From assembly GCA_054600435.1 (NCBI GenBank), contig BAAIJX010000010.1, positions 558,001 through 613,605 on the forward strand: 55,605 bases of DNA. Reading direction: 5' to 3'. The notes below the pieces were generated by a model. It was not told where the DNA came from. It saw only the letters and a program-made list of their open reading frames with translations, and ran no database searches. This DNA is from Neophaeotheca triangularis. Lineage: Eukaryota. Below, piece after piece: positions 1-10,566 of the stretch; position 1 is the stretch's first letter; every line of letters starts with the position of its first letter. Made by a program: the position numbers and the translations under genes.

Positions 1-203
1 TCCTTCAGTCGGGCATCGGCGGACCTTGGATCTGAGATTGGGTGATAGGCGCCGATGTTGCCCGCCCAAAGGCGAAAACGGGTATCAGCATCCACGGCGA
101 GAGCTCGATCGGAGATGTGCAAATCTGCATTATGGACCAATTGATGAGTCTTCTGGAGGATCTTCGACGTTCTCTCTTGGATGGGGGATGGTGTTGTCGA
201 CAT
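1..203 (-). CDS. 5' part of an uncharacterised fungal protein that runs off the left edge of the window
   Basis: ATG at 203 opens a frame to the edge: MSTTPSPIQERTSKILQKTHQLVHNADLHISDRALAVDADTRFRLWAGNIGAYHPISDPRSADARLK. RFxLWAGNIGA...S.D.RL is a motif I recognise at the N-terminus of many fungal proteins, often with downstream C2H2 zinc fingers. Not in the ORF track because it is truncated. Confidence 0.65.
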   Translation of the reverse strand, partial: MSTTPSPIQERTSKILQKTHQLVHNADLHISDRALAVDADTRFRLWAGNIGAYHPISDPRSADARLK

Positions 204-801
204 GCTGAGGTTGTGCAGCCGGTCGTCTCGTCAATCTCCCACTTGCTTACATAACCTGTTGCACATGTAAGTTAAGTTAAGGTAAGGTAAATATGGATGT
301 TAGTTACTCTCAGACCATGTCCCTTCAAATGGACATCAAACAGTGAGCACATTCTCATCTATCTTGAACATGTTAGAGATTATGAATCCACACACTTGGT
401 CGTCAGTTCTGACCTCTGTAAGAACCTTGCCGTCTCGTTTAGATGTATACCCCGCCTGTCCGCCCAGCTGCAGGCCTTCCAAATGGCCACTGAGAGCTCT
501 CTGATGCAGCCATGCCTGCACGATGCCTGCATAACACACCACGTGCCTGACTCCTGCTCCGTTCTACAGAGCAAAGCTAGCGGTCGAGTCTAACTTCACG
601 GAGATTCCTCCTCCTCTACCAAGAAGAAACTCGATCGCTGGTGTCGATTTTCTTTCTCCCTGAAAATCATCGGGAGCCAATGCTAGCTCTCGAGTCGCAA
701 CACTTTGGCGCGTTCTGGAGCAGGGAACAAGGTCCTCGAAAGTAAGGTCCGCAAGAAGAGCAGAAGATTCCCCGTTGCTGCCCATTCGCTCTGCCTGCGA
801 G

Positions 802-2614
802 ATGAGCGGCGTTGAGATCGTAGGGGTAGTCCTCGGAGCCTTCCCACTACTGATCTCTGCCATGGAACACTACGAAGAGACGAAGAAGGTGTCGAAAGGC
901 TGGTGGCAAATAAGGCGAGCCCACAAGAAGGACTTGGGCAATCTCAAGGACTGTAGTCTGGCTTTTCGGACCCACTTGAGAGAACTACTGCTGCCCCTTT
1001 TGCTTGAGGAGACTACAGATCGGAGCTCGTACGACGATTTACTCGCCAATCCCGGAGGCGCAGGCTGGCGGGGAGAGAACGTCGACCGTGCCTTAGCTGA
1101 AAGGCTTTCGGACCACCACGAGCGATATCTGGAAATCTTGAAGGAGATGGCGGAAGCTATGGCGAAGCTCTCATCCGAGTGCAAGGTCGAAGACAAGGAA
1201 TTCCAGGCAGGCCTGGCGGGCAGACAGTCACAGACCCAGCTCAGTCTTAACGCGAACGTCAGGTTCGAAGCTAAGCGTGCTGCTTACGCCCTCACCGCAT
1301 TCAAGCGTGACAGCTTGCTGGCAGAGGTAGAGCGGTACGTCCACAAGTTGAAAGAGATACTCGCTGCCAACGATCGTGTGAACGCAATCACGGGACGTAG
1401 CAGGAATCAGACTCCAGGGTCGGGTGTACCCAAAGCTTTCCTCCAGCTTTGGCAGCATGCTGAGAGCATCTTCAAGTTAGTAAAGAAGGCCTGGCAATGC
1501 CAATGCACAGGAAAAAGCGACATGACTCTGTGGTTAGGGCATCGAATCATCACGAAACCTGACATGAGACTGCTGATCAATTTCTGCCATGGGCCTAGCT
1601 GCTTACACGTGAAGCTTTTCGAGAGCTCAGATCGAGCCCAGCAGAACGTCGGAAAGAAAGTTCGACTTATGGCTCCGCCTGGGAGAGACACCGATCAAGA
1701 CAGCGAATCTCGCGACCGTGCCGACGCAAGCCGTGCGCTCAACATCAGCGCCCAAACATTAGCAGGGTCAAGGCAAGTCAGGCATCTTTCCTCTATCACA
1801 CCCTGGGTATCTAACGGGCCATCACTGCATCAGTACCTCGTCCAATTTTCTTCCCACCACACCATCCGATCCCAACGCGATTACTTCCCAGCTTGGGAAG
1901 ACCTGCAACCCGATGAAAGAGGATTTGTGCAAGGTTACAAGTCATAGTCTCTGCGAGTACGGTACATTGGTGGATGAGTGCAATTCCAGAGAATACCATC
2001 TCGCACCCGAGCTGAGCGCACCCATGGCATCCTCCAGTGAGACGATCTCATTGTCCGACTTATTAGGAGCTCGCACCAATGCCGTCCCCAGATTGAAACG
2101 ACTCGGCCTCGCACTGATAGTTGCGTCGTCCCACGCTCAACTACATTCTTCGTCATGGATGAAGGCCAAATGGACTCTCGAAGATGTAAGGGTTCCCAAA
2201 TACTGGGAAGGGGCGAACTTACACGAGGTGTATGATTACCCTTGCCTTCATTCGACCCTTGACAACGAGACATCAAACGTCCGCGCATCTCAGCCAGATC
2301 AGAGCTTCAAGACACTTGGGATCGTGTTGTTAGAACTCTGCTTTGGATTCCGCTTGGACAAACATCCCCTCTGGAGCGACCAGGATCTTCCTCGGAACCC
2401 GGCTGACCCGATCCAGAGACTAGGCGTTGCGCAAGAGTGGGCGCAGGATGTGGAACTCGAAGCAGGCGAGGACTACGCTACTGCTGTCGAGTGGTGTCTC
2501 CAGCGATCTCCGAACTTTGTCAGAAACGAGAAATGGCGGGAAGAATTCGTCCGAAACGTGGTACAGCCATTGCAAAGGTGTTACGAATGTATGGCGCCCC
2601 GCAAGATCACATGA
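802..2614 (+). CDS. Protein with an N-terminal HeLo-like hydrophobic helix and a C-terminal kinase-fold-like (DUF7580-type) domain; exons 802-1772 and 1834-2614
   Basis: N-terminus MSGVEIVGVVLGAFPLLISAMEHY. C-terminal motifs RLGLALIVASSHAQLH..W, LGIVLLELCFG, AGEDYATAVEWCL, F..NVVQPL. A GC-AG intron at 1773-1833 (AG|GCAAGT, CTAAC at 1811, CAG at 1831-1833) joins ORF 775-1947 to ORF 1913-2614 in frame without stops. Confidence 0.75.
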
Positions 2615-2700
2615 GGGTGTTCTTTGGGATGGGAAGTGAGTTGAAGGTGAAGTAGTCAGGGATCCAATGAAGTAACGATTGCATTTCAAGTTTCACGTAC

Positions 2701-3620
2701 CCGTGGAAAACATCCGTCGTGGAGTCGTCAAGAGCACCAATTGCCACTGGGTGGATTTTCCTTCGGGACATCAATTAAATCTGTCTGCTGGTACGTCCAA
2801 GTCAGTCAAAAGCCTCGATCTTGTTAAAGGAAGAAAAGGAAAATGCATTCGAGCTACTAGCCAAGGGCTCTGGTTGCAGCATCCGAAAGCTCCGAGGAGT
2901 CAATATATTCCGTCGCTCCCTGAACCGCTTGAGTCCGACAATGTCTGTCTTCTCTCTGGCATAGCGAGGCTAGATGCTTAACACCTCGGTACAACTTCCA
3001 GCGACACGCTGCTTGGTGAGCAAGACCTGGGGTACCGCTCCAAGTCATTGACGCAGAAAAAAAAACCAGCCCCGGCACCATTCTAGCTCGCATGCCCCAG
3101 TCCACACGACCCGGGGGTCCCCTATCGATCCCAAACCCAACCGTCCCACGCCTTGCCAAAGACGACACGATCCAGCAGCCGAGCGACGATGACCAACAGA
3201 CCGGAGAGGTGAGACGATACCGAGAAGTGAACACGAGAGAGCAACCGGCGAGATTGCGCGCACTTCGCGGCAGCCTTCAGCCCTTCCGGCCGAGCCTCAC
3301 CTCACCGCCAAGAACCACCCGTCGTGGCGTGCGAGTCGCTGCTGTCTCCGTCGTGGTTCTCTTCACCACCAAGAGGAGGCCATCACTCACGTAGGGTTAG
3401 GAGTCAGGACTCTCGTTTGGGGTAGTTGCAAGACAGCGGACGGAAGCCCGGGTGCCGCTGAGTCGAAGTCCGCGAGTTGAGTTGTGCCACCCGTGCCGAA
3501 ACCTGTGGTCGAGCGACAACGCAACGAAATAGACGAGAGCAAAGGAAGCTAGAGAGAAAAAAGGGTTTTAACAAGCGATTACGTCGAGTGCGGCGAGGCC
3601 GAAGCGGGAAAAAGAAGGGT
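2701..3620 (-). ncRNA. Candidate telomerase RNA (TER); ends approximate
   Basis: Minus-strand CCUAACCCUA (3401-3392) is complementary to the TTAGGG repeat at the window end. Hairpin GAGUC/GACUC lies directly 5' of it. There are at least 8 nested inverted repeats, a U9 tract (3057-3065), a P6.1-like hairpin (2733-2745), and no convincing ORF. Confidence 0.5.
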
Positions 3621-3829
3621 ATCTGATACAAACCAAGCCCACCCACGCAGCCATCCATTGCATACGACATCAAAACACCATCGAAGCCCACGAGCTAGCC
3701 CACACCCATTTCATTTGAGACCCCGACCGCGGACCTTGTCTGGCTACACTTCTTCCGCATCCGATCCGACTGCATCTCTCCCACCCAACACCACACCCAC
3801 TCTCACATCCCTCTGCTTCCTCCTCCATA

Positions 3830-6532
3830 CTACCGCCCACCCCCGCCCTCCGCCCTCGCCAACAAGCTCCCTTTGGCAAACGTCTCCTCCTCGCGCAAAT
3901 CCACCATCGGGCCCGCACCCTTCCTGACATCCCGCTCCCGCCCCCTCCCCACGCTCCCCCCGCCCCACCCAAGCGCAGCCTGATCGACCAAACCCCCGCC
4001 CGCGCCCGCGCCAGCCGTCGCAGCAGGCTCTCCCGTCCCCTGAGCTTGCGCATAAGGGCTGTAATTCCGACGTCGAGCACTGGCGGACTGCTGCAGTCCG
4101 CCGGTGGCACGGTTAGGGCTGTGAGCTGTCCGCCAATCGACGGCGGCGGGGATGCCGAGGGGGTCTTCCGGGCTGGTTGCGGCGTCGATGAGGCCCCCGG
4201 GCCCGATTTTGTCGGGGACGTGGCCGTGGCCCTTGTTTGCTTTGGAGTGTTGGGGGGGTTCGTAGGAGGTGGGCGTGAGGTCTACGAGCGGTTTTCTCGG
4301 CGGGAGGCGGTTGGAGGGTGTGCGACCGAGAGGGGTGGGATGGGTTTCAAGGGTGGTGGCGGTTGGGGGGCGGAGAGTGAGGTTGTGCGGGCTTTGTCGC
4401 GGGCTGCTCGTTGTGGCCGTGCGGCGGAGGTCGGAGCTGCTGGTGGGTTTGTGGGAAGGTTTGGAGCGGGTGGAGGCGTGGCGGCGGGGGAGGCTGGTTA
4501 GGGAGTTGTCGCTTGTGTTGAGGTGGTTGGGGTTTGGTGTGAAGGGCTGGTGGCTCGGAGTCGAGTTTTCAGGGATGTCACGTTGGCGTTTGGAGTAGCT
4601 GCGACCGAGGAGGGTGTTGGAAGCGAATTGGTCGTCGAGGGCTTTATTGGAAGTTGAGGGGCGGCGGTTGACGGAAGTTCTGCGGGCGAGGTTACCCAAC
4701 GGCTCGTCTTCGCCCAGCTGCGCGCCACTGCGGAGGGCGAGTGGAGGATGTTGGATTTGCTGGCGTCGTCTGCTTGCGCGTCGCTCGGGTGATATGTTGG
4801 GATCGAATTGGTTTGCGCCTTTTGTGAAACCGCCACTATGCGACCTGGATGTATTCGGACGGTCCTCGACGTTGCCATTTCCATTTTCGAACATTGGTCG
4901 GAACGTCCCAAGCTGATAATGTGACTCCAGCGAGTCCTGCTGCTTGTGCCCTTGGGACATGCTGTTGCTGCGAGTGTGCTCCATTGAAGGTCTCGCAGCG
5001 GCAGGCTTCGCAGGCTTCGGTTTGTGGCCCTCACCCATGACATTGACCAAGTACCAACTCCTCCAAGCTTGAACAGTATTGTAAAAGTCATCGCCGGCTC
5101 CATGGGAATTTGTACAGAAGAAGTGGACAAAGTTGTTGCTGCTCTCGAACATGCTACTCTTCTGCTGCGATTTGACTGCGAAGCATATCTTCTTTGGCGG
5201 CTTGATCTTCTTGCGCAACTTTTCAGGGGTAGGTCGGTAAATGTCGAAATCGCTCATGTGGCAAATGTTCGTAGAGTCTCGATCTTTTTCCGGGTCTTTT
5301 TGCAGGACGAGCTGTCCATCCTGCTTGAGCGTGATGTATCGCTTGTCCCATTTGCCTGGCCGTTCTGAGCAATACAGTAACAGCTTGTCCAACTGAGGTT
5401 GCAAACCCGGAACGCCAGCCGCGGTCAGCTCAGGCTCGATATTCCCAGTACCAGGGTCAGCAATCAACAGCACATTACTCGTGTCATTGGCCCAGCTATT
5501 CATAACATCGCGAATCTTTTCGTATCTCCTGATCGGCCGAACCACTCCGACTGAATGGAATTCCTCCAGCAGCACAGCAGACTTCGCGTCGATACGCTCA
5601 GACATGATGGTTGAAGCGCTTTTGATCAAATCAATCGCGGTCGTCTCGGGCGTGACAGGTAAAGTAATCTTCGACTTCTTACAGTGCACCCTAACCCTTC
5701 GATCACCCGCGTTGACGGCCGAAATGGGCGCATCGGTTCCAGGGACTCTCCCTCCACCCCCCGGCCGTATGTTGTCGTCTTCGACAGACTTTTGTCGCGC
5801 TTCTTTACTCGTCATTGCAGTCTGCGGATCAGGCTCGCTCTTCTTGCGTTTGAAAAACCCAAAACAGCCTCCTCTCTCCTCTTCGTCGCTAAATTGATCC
5901 AACATGGTCACACTTTTCGTAGCCCTAATGTGGCCAGACTGCGGAGGACCATCCACCTTGACATCTGGCGCCTTCTCCGGCATTTTCAGCGGGGGAAAGA
6001 GCTCGCCTGAGGGCTGAGACGGAGGCATCGGCGGCCTCTCGTTATTCCCGGCTTGCGGTGACATGGGCAAGCTATTGTCTCTGCTCCTCGCGCTCGGTCT
6101 GCCATGCATGCGATTCCTGCTATCACTCTCTGCACCTGAATCCCCATCTCCACTGTTCAGCCGGCGCAAGTCGGGCGCACCTGTATGCGCCGGGGGACTT
6201 GCATGTTCTCCTCTATGCCTCGGAGCAGGAGAATAGGATACGTCTCGAGGGTTGCTCTGCAGTGGATTCTCGTGCGGTTCTGTGGCTCCCGTCTGGCGCT
6301 GTCGTGTGCTCGGTCTCGCGTCTATGCGATCTTGATCGCGTGCTGTCGCGGGTCTGCGGTGGTATCTGGATCGCGTTCGCGTCACGCCGTCTTCTGGGGC
6401 GGGAGAGTCTGTAGAGGGTACAACGGGGAGTGCAGGTGATTGCTCGCGGTCATATTCCTGTTGTGCTGCTTGGCGTTTGCTTCGGTAACGAGAGACTCGC
6501 GGTTGTGCGGGAGGAGTCTGGGTGTCGGCCAT
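3830..6532 (-). CDS. Conserved fungal Ras-association/ubiquitin-like plus PH domain protein (900 aa)
   Basis: Single 900-aa ORF. RA-like segment RRVRVHCKKSKITLPVTPETTAIDLIKSA...RPIRRYEKIRDVMNSW, then PH-like WDKRYITLKQDGQL...CFAVKSQQK...VQAWRSW, with disordered flanks. Confidence 0.8.
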   Translation of the reverse strand: MADTQTPPAQPRVSRYRSKRQAAQQEYDREQSPALPVVPSTDSPAPEDGVTRTRSRYHRRPATARDQDRIDARPSTRQRQTGATEPHENPLQSNPRDVSYSPAPRHRGEHASPPAHTGAPDLRRLNSGDGDSGAESDSRNRMHGRPSARSRDNSLPMSPQAGNNERPPMPPSQPSGELFPPLKMPEKAPDVKVDGPPQSGHIRATKSVTMLDQFSDEEERGGCFGFFKRKKSEPDPQTAMTSKEARQKSVEDDNIRPGGGGRVPGTDAPISAVNAGDRRVRVHCKKSKITLPVTPETTAIDLIKSASTIMSERIDAKSAVLLEEFHSVGVVRPIRRYEKIRDVMNSWANDTSNVLLIADPGTGNIEPELTAAGVPGLQPQLDKLLLYCSERPGKWDKRYITLKQDGQLVLQKDPEKDRDSTNICHMSDFDIYRPTPEKLRKKIKPPKKICFAVKSQQKSSMFESSNNFVHFFCTNSHGAGDDFYNTVQAWRSWYLVNVMGEGHKPKPAKPAAARPSMEHTRSNSMSQGHKQQDSLESHYQLGTFRPMFENGNGNVEDRPNTSRSHSGGFTKGANQFDPNISPERRASRRRQQIQHPPLALRSGAQLGEDEPLGNLARRTSVNRRPSTSNKALDDQFASNTLLGRSYSKRQRDIPENSTPSHQPFTPNPNHLNTSDNSLTSLPRRHASTRSKPSHKPTSSSDLRRTATTSSPRQSPHNLTLRPPTATTLETHPTPLGRTPSNRLPPRKPLVDLTPTSYEPPQHSKANKGHGHVPDKIGPGGLIDAATSPEDPLGIPAAVDWRTAHSPNRATGGLQQSASARRRNYSPYAQAQGTGEPAATAGAGAGGGLVDQAALGWGGGSVGRGRERDVRKGAGPMVDLREEETFAKGSLLARAEGGGGR

Positions 6533-7314
6533 TGTGCATGTTGTTGCGGACGGTCTGTGAGTTTAGGTGGTGATATGTCGCCGGAGATAGGAAGGAGAGG
6601 GAGGAAATGACAGTAGGTGAGATAGCGACGACAAGGACAATAATAACAACAAAATACAGTAGAGGTGACTTAGTCAAAACGATGCAGGGAGGGACAACGG
6701 CGACGATTCGGCAAGCTTCCGAGATTCCGCCTTGGAGGGTCGTGGAGTGAGGGAGGGACGGGAGGGTCTGGCTGTAGAAAGTGGGGGCTGAGGTTGAGAT
6801 TGAGTTATGGGTAGTCACGTGGAGAGTGTAAGTTTGTGAAGACCATAAAAGTCATACCCCCTGAGAATTTGCACAATCGAAGCTGCATTGGTGTACTTTA
6901 TTCAATGTAACGGAGCACGGAGACTTGTAGTAATTAAAGTAATGTAGGACAAACCAAACCGATTACACAATGCGATACCACCCATTGCCATTATTATTAT
7001 TACCCGAACTGTGATACAGTGGTACCTAGGTAGTGATACCTTACCCGACGTCTAACAATTCAAGTCTGAGGTAGTTAGTTACCTTGACCTAGAAGTGGGC
7101 CCGCTATTATACGGCCCCCCCTTGGCGTCGACAATAATTTGTGGCTGTGAAACATTTCGAGTAATAATAATCCAATTACTTCCATTACTTGCATAACCTA
7201 CCTAAGTTACCCACCTACCTTAGATAACGTCCACTATACTCGTATAGATAGATGATTTCACTTCATCTGCACCTTTTGCAGACGGGATAAAAAAACTTGC
7301 AGCGATATGCCATA

Positions 7315-8588
7315 ATGGATCGTCGTCTGCAGCGTTTGCTATTCCTCGTAGCCGGAGCCGTCATTCTAATTTGGCTGTACGCCATCCACGTCAACCACCG
7401 CGTCCATCCCATCAAATCAGAAGACATCAACGTCTCGGGTCTCGAAGCTGCCAATGCAACACTGGGCGTGAGCAAAACAAACCATCCTCCCATCTTAACC
7501 CCAAACTTAACACTAACCCACTCCACCCCCAGTTCGGCGCCATTGTCGCCGTCTCCCGCCCGGGCTCCCCCCGCCGAGATGGCCTCCTCATGGCAGCCAA
7601 CATCACCGAGCTCGACATCACCATCCCGCACCAACCCGCATGGACCGAATCCGACCTGGCAAACCTGCGAGCCGAAACCGGCAGCACCATAAGCCGGGGC
7701 TCAGCCCTAGCCTGGCTGGGTCACCTCAACGCGCTCCGCTGGTTCCTCGCCACCGATCTAGAAACCGTCCTGATCCTCGAAGACGACGTCGACTGGGACA
7801 TCCACCTCCGGACCTCGCAAATCCCCTCCACTGCAGCCGCGATCCGGCAGCTCGTAACCGACACCGACACCACCAACCCAAACCCCGGCACCTCCGACCC
7901 AAAACCCTCTCCAAACTCCTACTGGGGCCCCTCCAGCCCCTGGGACATCCTCTACCTCGGCCACTGCGGCGACCTCTTCCCACCCTCCTCCCTACCAGCC
8001 TCACACCCCCACCTCACAATCCCAGACCCCTACCTCCCCTCCCGCGTAGCCATGCACCCCTACACGCAATCCTTCCTCTCAGCCCTCCACCTCCCCGAGC
8101 AAACCCGGCTGATACACCAATCCATCTCGCCCCTGTGCACCTTCGCTTTCGCCCTGACCCGCCCCGCGGCCCAACGCCTACTAACCGACATCGCGGCGCG
8201 AGAATCCGACGGCGGGACCATGGCATACGACGTGCGAGTGCTAGAAGCCTGCCGGGATCTCGGCTTTCGGTGCTGGACCGCCAACCCGGAGCTCTTCCAC
8301 CACCAAGAAGCGCCTTCGGAGATTGCGGACGTGAATGCCGAGGGCGCAGGGGACGATGGTGTGGCCGTCAAGGCTGGGGCGGATTCCAAGGGCAGGTTGA
8401 AGGCGGTTAGGACGGGGAGTGCGCCGAATATTGCTTGTGGGGTTAGAGGTGCGGGATTTTGGCCGGTTGGGGAGGTGACGTTGGAGATTTTGAGGGAGGT
8501 TGTTGGGAGGCAGGGGCGGTGTTTTAGGGTCGGGCCTGGGGGGTCGGTGGGCGATGGTAGTCCGGCTGGGGAGGGGGGTGGAGGGTGA
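7315..8588 (+). CDS. Glycosyltransferase family 25, type II membrane protein; exons 7315-7467 and 7533-8588
   Basis: N-terminal TM helix. Intron 7468-7532 (GTGAGC...CTAAC...CAG) restores NATLG|FGAIVAVS. Motifs WLGHLNAL, VLILEDDVDWD, WDILYLGHC, CTFAFALT. Confidence 0.85.
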
Positions 8589-9259
8589 GTGCTGGGTGAC
8601 CGGTTGCGGGCTTGAATGACTGTATAGTGTAGCATGGCATAGCATATAATGGTGTTGGTACTTTTTGCCTTGTTTCCAACCCCCACTTCACGCTCGGTCC
8701 GAACTATTAGGTAAACCCAAACATAAGTACATGCAAGTTGCGATCGGGCTGACAGGTTTGGGTTTCAATATCATAAACAATCCCGACTACGACTATGAAA
8801 ACGCTTCGTACCCAAAGAAAGCAATGACAGCGACCGCCCGGTTTACCCCTTCACCGTCTTCTTTTGCTGTGCGCTTTTGACAGGCAACGCGAAAGACTTG
8901 ATAAAACCCCCACGCCTCGCGACCATGGCTGCGAAAACGCTTCAACAACGAGCAAAGAAAACACAATAACAGCAGTCGCCCTATTCACTTCCGTCGCTGA
9001 TGTCTTTCGCTATGTGTCTTTTGCTCCCAGTTAAAGGACTTGATGGGAAAACCCATGCCTCGACGCCTGAAAAAATTCTGTCCAGGCCATCTCTTCTGCG
9101 ACGAGAGCGAGTCGCAGACTGGACGCCAGTCCCTCCCTGCTCTCATTCGCAGTGCCGCCTTTTTCTCGCGAAAGACTTGATGGATGAAAACTGCAGCATC
9201 TCCACCGCGTCCCGCCACGAACTTTCAGATGCTTCTGATTTGCCTTGGTGCCCTTCTCT

Positions 9260-10020
9260 CTACTCCCTCTTCCGAGCAGACACGCACTCCTTGTAACCAC
9301 GCAAAGGCTCCTGCCAAGACTCGATTAATGAGTTCTCAATCTCCAAAGACCCCGTGGTTCCAATGTCTCCTTCGGTTCTTATGGTGGGGGTCTCAATATC
9401 CTCGAGGTTCACTCCGACGGTTTCGAGCTCGCGCGTGAGGGTTTTGATCCAGTGCCATGTGGAAATGTCCGATGTGAGCTGATGAGGCTGGAGACTCGTC
9501 GTCGAAAGCCCATGATAGGGCATAGTGTCAGCCCCAGTGAACTGGGACGACTAGAATGACGTTGAGGTGGTAGTAGAACATGGCTTTGGTTTCGGCGCGG
9601 ATTTGCTTGTTCGTTGCGAGGAGACCTGGCTTGTCTAGGTCGGAGATGTGGACAATTTCCCTGCCTGAGACTTGCGTGGTAGGAGCGCGCATGAGGGAGT
9701 CGCGTGCTCTCGGGTCGTTGTGCAAGTCGTTGGCGAAGTGGCTGATGGAAGGGTTCTTGGAGAGCAGAGCGAACTCGTAGATGCGGTTGCGCAGTTCCGC
9801 TGGGAGGCCCAAAAGACTGGCCCTTTGGGGACCGGCTTGCTTGGCCACAGAACGGGTCAATCTTGTTGGGCCTTGAGGCGAAGTGGCTGAAGCTGTGTTA
9901 GTCTCACGCTTTCTGGTTGTAGCAACCCAACCGTATTTGGCTGACTGGTTTTGACGAGGTCGTTGGCATTCTTTGTCCGGGTTGAGGATGGCATCTTTGG
10001 CGCTTCAGTGAGATTCACTC
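9260..10020 (-). pseudogene. Probably decayed F-box-like (LPAELRNRIY family) gene; boundaries approximate
   Basis: ORF 9528-9860 carries ASLLGLPAELRNRIYEFAL and PGLLATNKQIRAE but stops early. Protein-like sequence continues in another frame (ORF 9260-9523). A possible first exon starts near 10020. Confidence 0.5.
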
Positions 10021-10566
10021 GCTTCGAGGGGCGTGACATGTTGGTGCTTTGCGTGAACGAAATCTTCGGGTGGATGAGGTATTGAGAGTTGAGAGGAGGT
10101 TTTCGAGTGCGGTGTGCCGGAAGTCTTGTTGGCAGTTTTGTCGGCAGTTGGGAGGTATCCGCTTCACTTCCGAGATCAATCTGTTCAATCTATGGGTGAG
10201 TCACAAGTGAAGCTCAGGAATGTCAGACTGAAAGCCGGAACGGTCTATTTCTGCAGGAGGGTATACGAGCATCCTTACTAAATGGGAATGATGCTGGCTC
10301 CAGAGAAGGAAGATGGTGACTGTGGTGTATTAAAGGGAGGAGAAGGGTGAAAGACCGGGGCGGGCTTGTAGCTGAGACATAGAAGCGCGCTTCCCTTGGC
10401 ATAAACAAAGAGAAACACTAAGTTCATGCAACGATTTAACTCACTTCAACCTTACAGAGACGGAGTTTCTTACTACCAACCGCAATCGAGTCCCGGAACG
10501 ACATCCTCGCCCCAACACCACGTCCGGTAGAAACTCAGCAAATTCCCGATACACTCCCTGTTACGC

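Noticed and set aside
1665..1670. Minus-strand AUAAGU as a Neurospora-type TER 3' cleavage site
   Set aside because: It lies deep inside the opposite-strand CDS and would need about 950 nt of antisense overlap; probably chance.
2701..3620. Structured region as U1/U2 snRNA, SRP RNA, RNase P/MRP RNA, or a protein-coding gene
   Set aside because: I found none of their signature sequences, and the short overlapping ORFs have no motifs or codon bias.
5689..5698. Other telomere-template-like matches (CCCTAACCCT at 5689, CCCTAACCC at 17005, TAACCCTA at 27933)
   Set aside because: They lie inside protein-coding exons with no supporting structure. They show that a template match alone is weak evidence.
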